Of a stretch of 64,000 bases of DNA, positions 1 through 9,202 are shown one piece after another. The DNA is taken from contig JALVQA010000009.1 in the NCBI GenBank assembly GCA_027031495.1, positions 16,898-80,897 on the forward strand, written 5' to 3'. The notes under the pieces are model-generated. The model was given only the letters and a program-made list of their open reading frames with translations, searched no databases and was not told the origin of the DNA. The DNA is from Candidatus Moraniibacteriota bacterium (GTDB lineage: Bacteria > Patescibacteriota > Minisyncoccia > Moranbacterales > GCA-2747515). A program made the position numbers and the translations under genes. How positions within the stretch are numbered: position 1 is the stretch's first letter; each line of letters starts with the position of its first letter.

Positions 1-336
1 GACACACTTGGCATTCCTCTGTCACAAATTCGTACAATTACCGCACACAAAGGTATGCGCTTGCATCATGCGCAGATCATTGACTTTACCGATACAATGA
101 AGCCGTTTTCGTTGACAGCACTTTTGCGCCTCCTTGGTGCCGAACGCATTACAAAAGCGTCTTTTTCACTGGAAAATACCGATACACGTACAGATGCGGA
201 TATTCACATTATTCTTGGCACGCAAGCAGATGATTTCTTCAGCGAAAGCGCACTCTCCCAGGAACAATTTGAAGAAGCAAGCGCAATAGAAGGTGACCGT
301 GTTATGATAATCACAGAAGACAAGAGTACCCCCTAA
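1..336 (+). CDS. C-terminal part of a probable LCP (LytR-CpsA-Psr) family protein with LytR_C-like domain; 5' end outside window
   Basis: Frame is open from base 1; ends with IIDFT...KPFSL...DADIHIILG, resembling the D-I-x-I-I-L-G end of the LytR_C domain. Confidence 0.5.
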   Translation, partial: DTLGIPLSQIRTITAHKGMRLHHAQIIDFTDTMKPFSLTALLRLLGAERITKASFSLENTDTRTDADIHIILGTQADDFFSESALSQEQFEEASAIEGDRVMIITEDKSTP

Positions 337-355
337 CTACTTACCTTTATACAAT

Positions 356-928
356 ATGCAACAGTTCCTCGTCGTTGGTCTTGGCAATCCCGGAGAAAAG
401 TATGCTACTACGCGCCACAATGCCGGCTTCATGGCACTTGATTTTTGTGCGCAGACTCACGATGCGACATTTGGCATACACAATGACCTCTCTGCATCTG
501 TCGCACGTGTGCACACACCATCCTACACACTTCTTCTTGCAAAACCGACAACATTCATGAATCTCTCAGGCGTTGCTGTACAAAAGCTATGTGCATATTA
601 CAAGATTTCTCTCTCACATCTCGTTGTTGTGCACGATGACAGCGATCTTCACATAGGCACATACCGCTTTCACGTTAATCGTGGCGCAGCCGGACACAAT
701 GGCGTCTCCAATATAATCACACATTTGAAAACGCAAAATTTTTGGCGCGTACGCATTGGTGTACGCCCTCACACACCAGATGGCGCACCACGCTTAAAAG
801 CGCACGCATTTGTACTTAATCCTTTTGTGCCAGAAGAAAGGAATATGCTGAACAATGTACTTGATAATGTACACGCAACGCTCTGTAGACATTTTTCTCC
901 ACAAAATACGATAGGAAGTAAAAAATAA
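356..928 (+). CDS. pth: Peptidyl-tRNA hydrolase
   Basis: VGLGNPG..Y..TRHNAG, KPTTFMNLSG, HDD, GHNG and RIGV motifs. Confidence 0.97.
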   Translation: MQQFLVVGLGNPGEKYATTRHNAGFMALDFCAQTHDATFGIHNDLSASVARVHTPSYTLLLAKPTTFMNLSGVAVQKLCAYYKISLSHLVVVHDDSDLHIGTYRFHVNRGAAGHNGVSNIITHLKTQNFWRVRIGVRPHTPDGAPRLKAHAFVLNPFVPEERNMLNNVLDNVHATLCRHFSPQNTIGSKK

Positions 929-1017
929 AAGAGTCGTTCCTCTATTCCGGCAACAGACGCACACGTAAGGAGGGAGACGTATACGTCATTACCGGAATAC
1001 AAGAACGACTTTGACAC
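921..1017 (-). ncRNA. Putative ~95-nt small RNA: 33-bp rod hairpin with CUCCCUCCUU loop and U-rich 3' tail
   Basis: 932-966 pairs with 977-1010. Five A.C mismatches on + all become G.U pairs on -. Near-consensus promoter directly upstream on -, U-tract downstream. Confidence 0.65.
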
Positions 1018-1022
1018 TGTAT

Positions 1023-1051
1023 ATATTAGCACTACTTTCCTCTTTTGTCAA
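1023..1051 (-). promoter_or_regulatory. Sigma70 promoter for the putative sRNA
   Basis: TTGACA (1051-1046), 17-nt spacer, TG-C-TAATAT extended -10 (1031-1023). Confidence 0.7.
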
Positions 1052-1074
1052 GATAATTTATTCCTCCCTATAAT
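1045..1074 (+). promoter_or_regulatory. Sigma70 promoter for dprA-topA, -35 overlapping the divergent sRNA promoter
   Basis: TTGTCA (1045-1050), 18 nt, TATAAT (1069-1074). Confidence 0.55.
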
Positions 1075-1089
1075 AACATAGCACCTGTT

Positions 1090-2205
1090 ATGAATACCGA
1101 CACCACCGCCCTTCTTACACTCCTCGCAACAAAGGGACTTGGTCCAAAAACACTCCGCACCCTCAAAGCATCTTTTGCGACGTGGGAAGAGCTTCTTACA
1201 GCATCAGACAGAGATCTTGCGGTTGCTGGTGCACGTAGCAATCATATCACTGCTATACATTGCGCGCGCAATGCTCATACACCACATGCACAGGGGAAAC
1301 TACATGCTCTGTATGCAAAACACAACATAGATGTTATCACCGAGAATGATAAGTCTTACCCTCGTCTCCTACGTGAGGTACCGGATGCACCGCTTGCTCT
1401 CTTTGTGCGCGGACACTGTGACGCACTACTGCACGAACCGTTTGTAACAATTGTCGGTGCACGTGAACATACATCGTATGGTGAACGTGCCACATACAGA
1501 TTGGCGTATGACCTCGCATCTGCTGGCGTGAATATCGTAAGCGGTCTTGCACGTGGAATTGACGCAATTGCACATCGTGCCGCCTTGGATGCGCACGGCA
1601 CAACGGTCGGCGTTTTGGGCGGGAGTATTGATGATGCACATATTGCACCACGCCAGAATCATCGTCTCGCGCATGCCATAATGGAAAGTGGTGCGCTCAT
1701 AAGCGAATACCCTCTCTTTACAGAACCAACGCCCTATACATTCCCCGCACGCAATCGCATTATGGCAGCTATGGCACACATCACTCTTGTTATTGAAGCC
1801 GCCGCAAAAAGCGGCACACTTATTACAGCGCATACAGCACTTGAATACAATCGCGATGTCTGCGCTGTACCCGGTTCCATTTTTTCCGATGTGAGCGTCG
1901 GCACGCATGCACTTATTCGCAACGGCGCAAAGATTGTAACATGCGCACAAGATGTTCTCGCAGAACTGCCACATAATCATTCATACCAATATGATATAGC
2001 GACAACATCGCAAAGTGTATCATGCGACACGCCAGACGAGGAGCGCATTTTTTCGCTTTTGTCAGCAGAGCCACTTCATGTTGACAAGATTACTGCAATG
2101 TCTAAACTAGAAACAACACGTGTACTCAGCGCACTATCATTACTCGAGATCAAGGGGATGATTCGTAATGTTGGTGGCCAGCACTACATACGCGTACAAA
2201 AATAA
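1090..2205 (+). CDS. dprA: DNA-processing protein DprA/Smf
   Basis: YP.LL.E..D.P, IVGAR, VSGLARGID..AH, FPARNRI, SGTLITA, AVPGSI motifs and C-terminal winged helix. Confidence 0.97.
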   Translation: MNTDTTALLTLLATKGLGPKTLRTLKASFATWEELLTASDRDLAVAGARSNHITAIHCARNAHTPHAQGKLHALYAKHNIDVITENDKSYPRLLREVPDAPLALFVRGHCDALLHEPFVTIVGAREHTSYGERATYRLAYDLASAGVNIVSGLARGIDAIAHRAALDAHGTTVGVLGGSIDDAHIAPRQNHRLAHAIMESGALISEYPLFTEPTPYTFPARNRIMAAMAHITLVIEAAAKSGTLITAHTALEYNRDVCAVPGSIFSDVSVGTHALIRNGAKIVTCAQDVLAELPHNHSYQYDIATTSQSVSCDTPDEERIFSLLSAEPLHVDKITAMSKLETTRVLSALSLLEIKGMIRNVGGQHYIRVQK

Positions 2206-2231
2206 AAATAACTTCTTGTTTTGTAAAATTT

Positions 2232-4499
2232 ATGAAGCTTCTTATTGTTGAATCTCCCACAAAGGCACGCACTATCGGCAAATACCTCCCGAAGAATGAA
2301 AATTTTGTTGTTAAGGCAAGTGTTGGCCATGTACGCGATCTTCCCAAGAGCAATAAAAAAGCTATTGATATTGATGCTGGCTTTGTACCGCACTATGAGA
2401 TTTCACCGGGCAAGGAAGACATTGTTGCCGACCTTGCACGCGCAGCACAACAAGCAGACGAGATCTACCTCGCACCTGACCCGGATCGCGAAGGTGAGGC
2501 AATTGCATGGCACCTCATCGAAGCACTCAACCTCAAAAAAGCACCAAACGTCAAGCGCATTACATTTAATGAAATCACAAAAACAGCCGTACAAAACGCC
2601 CTCAAACATCCGCGTGGTATTGATGATAATTTACGCCGCGCACAGGAAGCGCGCCGCGTACTAGATCGTCTCTTTGGCTATGATCTCTCCGGCCTTATCT
2701 GGAAAAAAGTGCGCTACGGTCTCAGTGCCGGTCGCGTACAGTCCCCTGCTCTGCGCATTCTGGTAGAGCGTGAACGTGAGATACGTGCTTTTGTGCCGGA
2801 CATATTTTGGACAATTACTGCAGACCTTATACCAAATGGTCACAAAAAACCGCTTACTTTCACATGCAGCGAAGAGTTTATTGCACACATGAAGGGCAAA
2901 AGCGAGAAAGAACAAGAAAAAGAAAAGGTACGTATCAAGAAAAAAGTAGATGCGCTTATTGCACATGGCTTAAAAGCTTCATGGCACGTAAGCGCTATCA
3001 AGGAAACCGAACAAAAGCGAGCGCCACACCCGCCATTTACAACATCCACATTGCAACAAGTGGCAAGTTCTCGCCTTGGTTTTACACCAAGTCGCACGAT
3101 GCGTGCCGCACAGAAGCTCTATGAAGCAGGCCACATCACGTACATGCGTACAGATTCCGTTACCCTTAGTAATGATGCTCTCAAAAACATTGCCGCTGTT
3201 GTGCAAAAAGAGTATGGCAAAGAATTGCATCAGACGCGTCTCTATAAAACAAAGAGTAAGAATGCGCAAGAAGCGCACGAGGCAATACGCCCGACAGATG
3301 CCGCACTGCAGACTGCGGGTGCAAGCAGTGATGAGAAAAAACTTTACACACTTATTCGCACGCGCACGCTTGCTTCACAAATGGTTGACGCTCGCATTCT
3401 ACGTACAAAGGTTAGTGCGAATATTACATCATCAAAAACGTTTCCCGATTTTATCGTAACCGGTTCGCATGTTATCGCACCCGGTTGGCTCACGGCTGAT
3501 ACAGCAGCACGCAATGAAGATGTGGATTTGCCAAAAATGTCTGTTGGCGATGCACTCACACTCAAAGATATTAACGCTGAAGAAAAGCAAACGCAGTCAC
3601 CAAAGCGTTACACCGAAGCCGGACTGGTCAAGGAACTGGAAAAGCGCGGTATCGGACGTCCGTCCACCTATGCCACCATTGTCAAAACCATCCAAGACCG
3701 CGGCTACGTTAAAAAAGATGGTCGCACACTCATCCCAACAGAAACCGGCATGGTCGTCAGCACATTTATTGAAAAATATTTTGGCCCCTACATTAGTGAC
3801 GATTTTACGGCTGAAATGGAAAATGAACTTGATGAAATTGCTGCTGGCAAGCGCGACTATACTAAAACGCTCAAAGACTTCTATACAGCTTTTCACAAAG
3901 ATGTCAGCGCAAAAGAAGATATTCCAAAACTTACAAACCTCGGCGATGCTAATCCGAAATATACGTGTCCGCAGTGTGGCGGTAAAATGGTTGTCAAACT
4001 CTCAAAAAACGGCACATTTCTCTCATGCGCAAAATTTCCGGCATGCGATGGCGCGCGCACTGCTGACGGTGAAATTATGGAGGGTCCTAAAGAGACCGGT
4101 GAGACTTGTCCTGAGTGTAGCGCACCGCTCGTGGAACGCACCGGTCGCTATGGCAAGTTTATCTCCTGCTCCAATTACCCGAAGTGCAAATACATTAAAG
4201 AAGACCCAGAGGAGGCCGCTAAAAAGAAAACAGGTGTAACGTGCCCGCAGTGCGGTACCGGTGAAATGGTGGAGCGCCGTGGCCGCTTCGGCGTGTTTTA
4301 CTCCTGCTCCAATTACCCAAAGTGTAAAAACGCCATCAAAGCACGCCCAACCGGCAAACTCTGCGCCTACAAGCGCGACGACCGTGACGGCAAAGCATGT
4401 GGCGCACTCATGATGGAAGGTACAAAAACCATCCCTGAGCGGTGTAGTGACAAAACCTGCCCCAACCACAACCCGCACAAACTGGCGAAGAAAAAATGA
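2232..4499 (+). CDS. topA: DNA topoisomerase I with C-terminal zinc ribbons
   Basis: IVESPTKA, DPDREGE, SAGRVQS, ITYMRTD (catalytic Tyr), AQEAHEAIRPT, GIGRPSTY, repeated CPxCG...C..YPKC. Confidence 0.98.
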   Translation: MKLLIVESPTKARTIGKYLPKNENFVVKASVGHVRDLPKSNKKAIDIDAGFVPHYEISPGKEDIVADLARAAQQADEIYLAPDPDREGEAIAWHLIEALNLKKAPNVKRITFNEITKTAVQNALKHPRGIDDNLRRAQEARRVLDRLFGYDLSGLIWKKVRYGLSAGRVQSPALRILVEREREIRAFVPDIFWTITADLIPNGHKKPLTFTCSEEFIAHMKGKSEKEQEKEKVRIKKKVDALIAHGLKASWHVSAIKETEQKRAPHPPFTTSTLQQVASSRLGFTPSRTMRAAQKLYEAGHITYMRTDSVTLSNDALKNIAAVVQKEYGKELHQTRLYKTKSKNAQEAHEAIRPTDAALQTAGASSDEKKLYTLIRTRTLASQMVDARILRTKVSANITSSKTFPDFIVTGSHVIAPGWLTADTAARNEDVDLPKMSVGDALTLKDINAEEKQTQSPKRYTEAGLVKELEKRGIGRPSTYATIVKTIQDRGYVKKDGRTLIPTETGMVVSTFIEKYFGPYISDDFTAEMENELDEIAAGKRDYTKTLKDFYTAFHKDVSAKEDIPKLTNLGDANPKYTCPQCGGKMVVKLSKNGTFLSCAKFPACDGARTADGEIMEGPKETGETCPECSAPLVERTGRYGKFISCSNYPKCKYIKEDPEEAAKKKTGVTCPQCGTGEMVERRGRFGVFYSCSNYPKCKNAIKARPTGKLCAYKRDDRDGKACGALMMEGTKTIPERCSDKTCPNHNPHKLAKKK

Positions 4500-4511
4500 G
4501 TAATTTACATC

Positions 4512-4549
4512 TTAAAAAAACACACACTTCCGGTAGTGTGTGTTTTTAA
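4512..4549. terminator. Bidirectional intrinsic terminator between convergent topA and UPF0489 gene
   Basis: aaaaacacacact-tccggt-agtgtgtgttttt inverted repeat with A/T tails. Confidence 0.8.
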
Positions 4550-4551
4550 CA

Positions 4552-5310
4552 TCATTCCGTTGCTCGCGTAAATGTGTCTTGAATTTCCTGTACAACTTTC
4601 TGCATTGTCTCGCGTGGTAGACGTTCAAGATCTGTCCACGCAGACGAACTAAAAACACAGACGCATTTTGCGCGTTTCACGAGACCTTTTAACTTTTCGA
4701 TGTATAAATTAAACTTATCTGTTCCCGGCTTAATGTTGTTAAAAAAGTCCATGTCAATAGACAAAACTTCTGGTGATAAGGCATCTACGTCATGTACACC
4801 AACTGATTTTATGTACAATGCCGGAGAATACGCCATGTTTGGTGTAGCTGTTGATCTCTCCGGCTGCCAGTTATATGACTGCTGTCTTTGCCACAAGTGA
4901 TTGTCAACACCATATCTTTGCCACGATGCGGAATGACAAACGAAGGAATTTGTATATGGTGCAATATCTGCATGTTCATCAACGTTTACTATTGTGTGGA
5001 TCGGGAGTTGAATGATACCAGCATTAACCGCACGGTACAAAAAAGGAAAAATGAGACCATGTGTGTCACCATACATAATGGCTCTTTTGTGCTTCTTGTC
5101 TATTAGTTCAGCGGTTTCCAGCTCGCACCTTCCTTTTCCTACTTTTATTTTCGGATATTCATTTGGCAATAATTCTCTCGGCTCTATCGGCATATTCTGT
5201 GCAACCTCACGTAATTTCTTGTGCAGAAAAAATTGTACACGCTCTCGCATATCCGTATTGCCTCGTTCCTTTAATTTATCACCAACACCAATGGGCATTT
5301 CTTTTTTCAT
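4552..5310 (-). CDS. UPF0489 / arginase-deacetylase-fold metallohydrolase-like protein
   Basis: H...F, VNVDEHAD and LSIDMDFF metal-binding motifs. Confidence 0.65.
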   Translation of the reverse strand: MKKEMPIGVGDKLKERGNTDMRERVQFFLHKKLREVAQNMPIEPRELLPNEYPKIKVGKGRCELETAELIDKKHKRAIMYGDTHGLIFPFLYRAVNAGIIQLPIHTIVNVDEHADIAPYTNSFVCHSASWQRYGVDNHLWQRQQSYNWQPERSTATPNMAYSPALYIKSVGVHDVDALSPEVLSIDMDFFNNIKPGTDKFNLYIEKLKGLVKRAKCVCVFSSSAWTDLERLPRETMQKVVQEIQDTFTRATE

Positions 5311-5321
5311 ATCTTCAACAA

Positions 5322-8300
5322 TTAGGTATTTTGACTGTTATTTTCAACGACTTGCACAATTCTCAATGGCACAACATTCCTAACCCGCTTGCTTTCCTCA
5401 TCAAACTGAATCACAACATCGTCTTTATACCACTTTCTTCCCACATTAAGCTGATCACGGAACATACGTGTTAATGTGTTCAACTTACTTGATACTTCTG
5501 ACATAATGCCAGCAATTTCTTCTTCCGTATATTGTTTACTATCACGAAGAATTTTTTCAAAGTCCTTACCAGGATAGCCATTAACCTTCTTTGTAAGAAC
5601 ATAGTTGCCGTACTTATCATCTTTACTGGAAAGAAAACCGAGAGGTTCTGGCGCCGGCACACCAACATCTTGCGCGGCTATAAGCAACGCATGCTCTTTT
5701 CTTGCATATTTTGATGTTCCCTTACCCATGTACCTGGCAACAACTTCTGTGCCATCATTTAATTGAAAAAATACATCTGTTGTTGCAACACCTTCGTTAT
5801 CCATGCTTTTAGCTTTTTGTTCTCTCATGAATTTTTGCGGGTCTTCGGTAAAATCAGAAGGAATAACTTTAGCATATTCACGACATATACGTATACGGTG
5901 ACTTTCTGTATCATAATACACATTATCCGGCACTCTAAAGTGAAGTCGCTCTTGTATCATGTAATGACGTGCAAGCGCTTGTTTAATCATTGCAAAGTTA
6001 AACTGCTCTCTTGCCGTTGTTGGCTTTGCTATATAATGAATCTTACCAGTCTTTTCATCTATAAATAGTCCGCGCGCCATCTCTTCAGGTTTAGCATTAC
6101 TCTCAATACGCTCAACAGCAGCTCCATTGAGATCATAAGACATATTTCTAATTTGACGAACTTGACGATTGATGCGAGTGGTTGATAAAAGACGTATGCG
6201 CTCCTCAATGTCTTCATCATCAAAATCCATGATACGCATCATGTCTTCCGGAACAGTTCCTACATAGCCCGTGTCGTAAAACAATGGATCCATATCTGGT
6301 GTAATACGTTCTTGTTCCAAAAATGCTCGCTTGACATCGTACTTAAGATAATCTCTAAAGTACCGCGGGTACACAATATAGCGCGGATTTATCTCAATGA
6401 TTTCACCACTTGAACGAAGGCGCGCACGTTTCTCTTTTCCAGTTAGAGAGCGCCGTATGGCATCTTGCGCACGTCTACCAATGTAGGCGTAAATACCGTC
6501 ACGCCCAATATAAACTTCCATCGGATACCGGCCACCTTCTCGCCAACTATCAAATTCCTTGTAGAGCTTGTCATACAATGGGATGTCAGTATTATAAACG
6601 TCAAGATAAAGTTTGTAACCCTCTCTGACTATACCCTTGATAGAATCTTTATACACTTCAATAACATAATCTAATTTTTGGGGAGCACCGTCCGCTACTT
6701 GTGCAAGATAGCGCCCAACAAAATTGCACACATTTGGAAAGAGATTATTCATTTTTACTTTACTTTCTTTACTTCCCATTAATGCCGCCTTGTCCTCTTC
6801 TGGCACATATGCATTCACACGAACTTTTTCCAAAAACGATTGATGCTCACTTTTTAACATCTTTGTAATTTCACGAATACTCTCAACTGATCTACTGGAT
6901 AACTTTAGACCAGCATTCTCCGGTGTACTCTTACCAGCTATTACACGACCAAGTCCAAGACTTTGGCGAATAGTGTGTAGTGGATGATCTCTAAACTTAT
7001 CCCCATCAAGAAACCCCATTTCCCCTTCTTCATCAAAACCTTCCTCCATGTTTTTAATTGTTATTTCAGCATCTGTCCCAACATTCTGCACCCATGGTTC
7101 ATGCGCCCACACAGCATTATCGTAAAAGTTGTCAATAAATTTATTTGCAACAGAATAGTGTGTTACCGCATTGTGCATGCAAACAGCAACCCACGGACGT
7201 GTATAATATTTTGGCAGATTCTCAAAAAAGTAGACTGCAGTATTTTTATCAGCTGCGATAGCGCCAGGAAGTAACTCTTTTATTTTTTTAAAGGTTTGCG
7301 GAAAGAGTGTTTCTATGTCATCAAGCAATGGAATCAAGATAGTGATAATATCATGTGTAAATGCTTCTTTCTTTGCTTGATCGAGATCAACACTAGTAAG
7401 TATATCAGCGGAGCCATCTATTGCATTTCGTAAATTCTTTATGCGCTCGACAAATTCTCTATTGTTGTTGCCCATAAAAGAATGGAGTGCCTCACGATAC
7501 AATGTCTCAATTACATTCTTGAGAACATCGTACGCGTGTATACGCAGTGATGAATCTGCCGTTTCATGAAGAGCGTCATTAAAAAATATTGATAATTTCT
7601 CAATACTTCGTCCGTTATATATCAGCGCCTGTGCACAGTATGCAAGTAACTTTTTCTGGATATCAACAGATGGCAGAACGTCTATACCATTTTGTGAGAA
7701 GTTGCATTTATGTAGGTCAGATTTATTATCAATAACAAAACCAGGCGGTATATTTTTGTCAGCACACTTTTGCAAAAGATTTATAAACTGTTTTTTCTCA
7801 CTCAAAGACTCAATGCTCTCATTTATACGTTTTACAAAGTATCTCCGATTTGCTTCATAAGATAATCCCATTGTCATTACTGAGAGCACTTTGTCAAGTT
7901 CTTTGCTATCAGTGATAACTTCCTGCCACAGTGCATAACGCCTCATCTCTTCCTTAACGGCAATAGAGACACTCTCTTCTTTATCAATGTCATAATGTCG
8001 CCCAAATAGTGTTTCTGCTGTAAAATTTCGTGGTGCATCCGGATCAAATAGAATTTTTTTTGCATCAATGTCATTTCGCGCCAATTGGTGTATAAATTGG
8101 CCAAATCGCTCAAGATCATCGCTTGTCTTTATAATTCCATCAATGCCGCGAAGTGCTATAAATATATTCATTTTTTCACTTGGTGATTGATCGTCGTTAA
8201 TCATGCGCACAAGAATTTCTAAGTCACGTGCAAAATCATCACGTATAAGTTGTGCCATATCAGTAATTGTGTAGTGAAGATTGCGTGCAATATATTCGTA

Positions 8301-8675
8301 ACCATGTATAATGACATCATCATCATTTCTTTGCACACATGCCTCAGCAACATCTATTATCACACGTGCATATTTGTAAAAATCTTCTGGTGTTGTAATG
8401 TTTTCAATGAAAACATTATTATCAAGAGAACGCATAACTTCCTGCACAACATTCATGTAACTATACATTTTTGACGAAGAAGTGTTGTGAAAGCGTGCAT
8501 GAACATAGTTTGTAATGTTGGTGATATGCTTCTCTACATCAACCTCATCAAAAGTGCTCAAAACTTCTACAAGTTTACTGTCCGTACATAGACCAAGACG
8601 TCCAGCAATGTCTGATTTTTTTCTCTCTCCTTCCACTACAAGTGACGGCATTTCGTAATAATCTCCCATTTTCAT
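5322..8675 (-). CDS. 1117-aa hypothetical multidomain protein (helical N-terminus, PRTase-like middle, kinase-like C-terminus)
   Basis: Long AT-rich ORF with YIGRDG and YDTGYVGT motifs; C-terminal ARKE..LL..AQDVGVPAPEPLG..YVLTKKV resembles a kinase N-lobe. Confidence 0.8.
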   Translation of the reverse strand: MKMGDYYEMPSLVVEGERKKSDIAGRLGLCTDSKLVEVLSTFDEVDVEKHITNITNYVHARFHNTSSSKMYSYMNVVQEVMRSLDNNVFIENITTPEDFYKYARVIIDVAEACVQRNDDDVIIHGYEYIARNLHYTITDMAQLIRDDFARDLEILVRMINDDQSPSEKMNIFIALRGIDGIIKTSDDLERFGQFIHQLARNDIDAKKILFDPDAPRNFTAETLFGRHYDIDKEESVSIAVKEEMRRYALWQEVITDSKELDKVLSVMTMGLSYEANRRYFVKRINESIESLSEKKQFINLLQKCADKNIPPGFVIDNKSDLHKCNFSQNGIDVLPSVDIQKKLLAYCAQALIYNGRSIEKLSIFFNDALHETADSSLRIHAYDVLKNVIETLYREALHSFMGNNNREFVERIKNLRNAIDGSADILTSVDLDQAKKEAFTHDIITILIPLLDDIETLFPQTFKKIKELLPGAIAADKNTAVYFFENLPKYYTRPWVAVCMHNAVTHYSVANKFIDNFYDNAVWAHEPWVQNVGTDAEITIKNMEEGFDEEGEMGFLDGDKFRDHPLHTIRQSLGLGRVIAGKSTPENAGLKLSSRSVESIREITKMLKSEHQSFLEKVRVNAYVPEEDKAALMGSKESKVKMNNLFPNVCNFVGRYLAQVADGAPQKLDYVIEVYKDSIKGIVREGYKLYLDVYNTDIPLYDKLYKEFDSWREGGRYPMEVYIGRDGIYAYIGRRAQDAIRRSLTGKEKRARLRSSGEIIEINPRYIVYPRYFRDYLKYDVKRAFLEQERITPDMDPLFYDTGYVGTVPEDMMRIMDFDDEDIEERIRLLSTTRINRQVRQIRNMSYDLNGAAVERIESNAKPEEMARGLFIDEKTGKIHYIAKPTTAREQFNFAMIKQALARHYMIQERLHFRVPDNVYYDTESHRIRICREYAKVIPSDFTEDPQKFMREQKAKSMDNEGVATTDVFFQLNDGTEVVARYMGKGTSKYARKEHALLIAAQDVGVPAPEPLGFLSSKDDKYGNYVLTKKVNGYPGKDFEKILRDSKQYTEEEIAGIMSEVSSKLNTLTRMFRDQLNVGRKWYKDDVVIQFDEESKRVRNVVPLRIVQVVENNSQNT

Positions 8676-8831
8676 ATTTTTTACATTAATTCTCTAGCAA
8701 ATTGTTCCTATTCCCTCATATCTCGTCCTGACAACGCAGAATTCTGTTAATCACTACAAAAGAATACCTCAACACTTTTTAGTATAACAGAAAAAGCTCG
8801 TACTTCATGATATTTGCAGTATTTCTCAAAT

Positions 8832-8860
8832 AAAAAAGCTGGTGCTATAACAACACCAGC
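8832..8860 (-). terminator. Intrinsic terminator downstream of small ORF 8879-9106
   Basis: gctggtg/caccagc stem followed by U6 on - strand. Confidence 0.7.
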
Positions 8861-8878
8861 ATTCTGCAACACTTTCCC

Positions 8879-9106
8879 TCAATCTCCATTATAGTTATGA
8901 AGAATAAAATCACTTTCCCTGAAAACAATGATATTACCGTCCCTAAACGGTCCTTGCGACGTAACATCCGCATTACATGGAGCAACAAAGAGCACGCCAC
9001 ATACCTTACCACCGGACACGTTTCGGAAGGCAATGTATCCTTCGCCCTTGGTGATGTTACGTACAGGCTTTGCGTCCTTCTTTCTTCTTGCACTTACTAT
9101 TTCCAC
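8879..9106 (-). CDS. Small hypothetical protein (75 aa)
   Basis: GTG start preceded by AGGAGG 10 nt upstream; followed by a terminator. Confidence 0.55.
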   Translation of the reverse strand: MEIVSARRKKDAKPVRNITKGEGYIAFRNVSGGKVCGVLFVAPCNADVTSQGPFRDGNIIVFRESDFILHNYNGD

Positions 9107-9202
9107 TTTTACTCTTCCTCCTGTTATTAAAAGACCGTAGCAATTGTACCACTTCCTGCAAAAAAATGCTATAGTAGTAGTATGCTCTAAGGACTATTTA
9201 CT

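Noticed and set aside
932..1010. SRP (4.5S) RNA, 6S RNA or plain pth terminator
   Set aside because: No SRP helix-8 motif, too short and no central bubble for 6S; wobble polarity and promoter favour the minus strand, and the stem is far longer than a terminator
4160..4335. Near-identical direct repeats tcctgctccaattaccc(g/a)aagtg as a DGR TR/VR pair or CRISPR repeat
   Set aside because: They are the duplicated zinc-ribbon modules of TopA; differences are not adenine-specific and no reverse transcriptase or cas gene is present
8676..8780. Structured leader before the 1117-aa gene
   Set aside because: Only weak, heavily bulged pairing found; not distinguishable from chance
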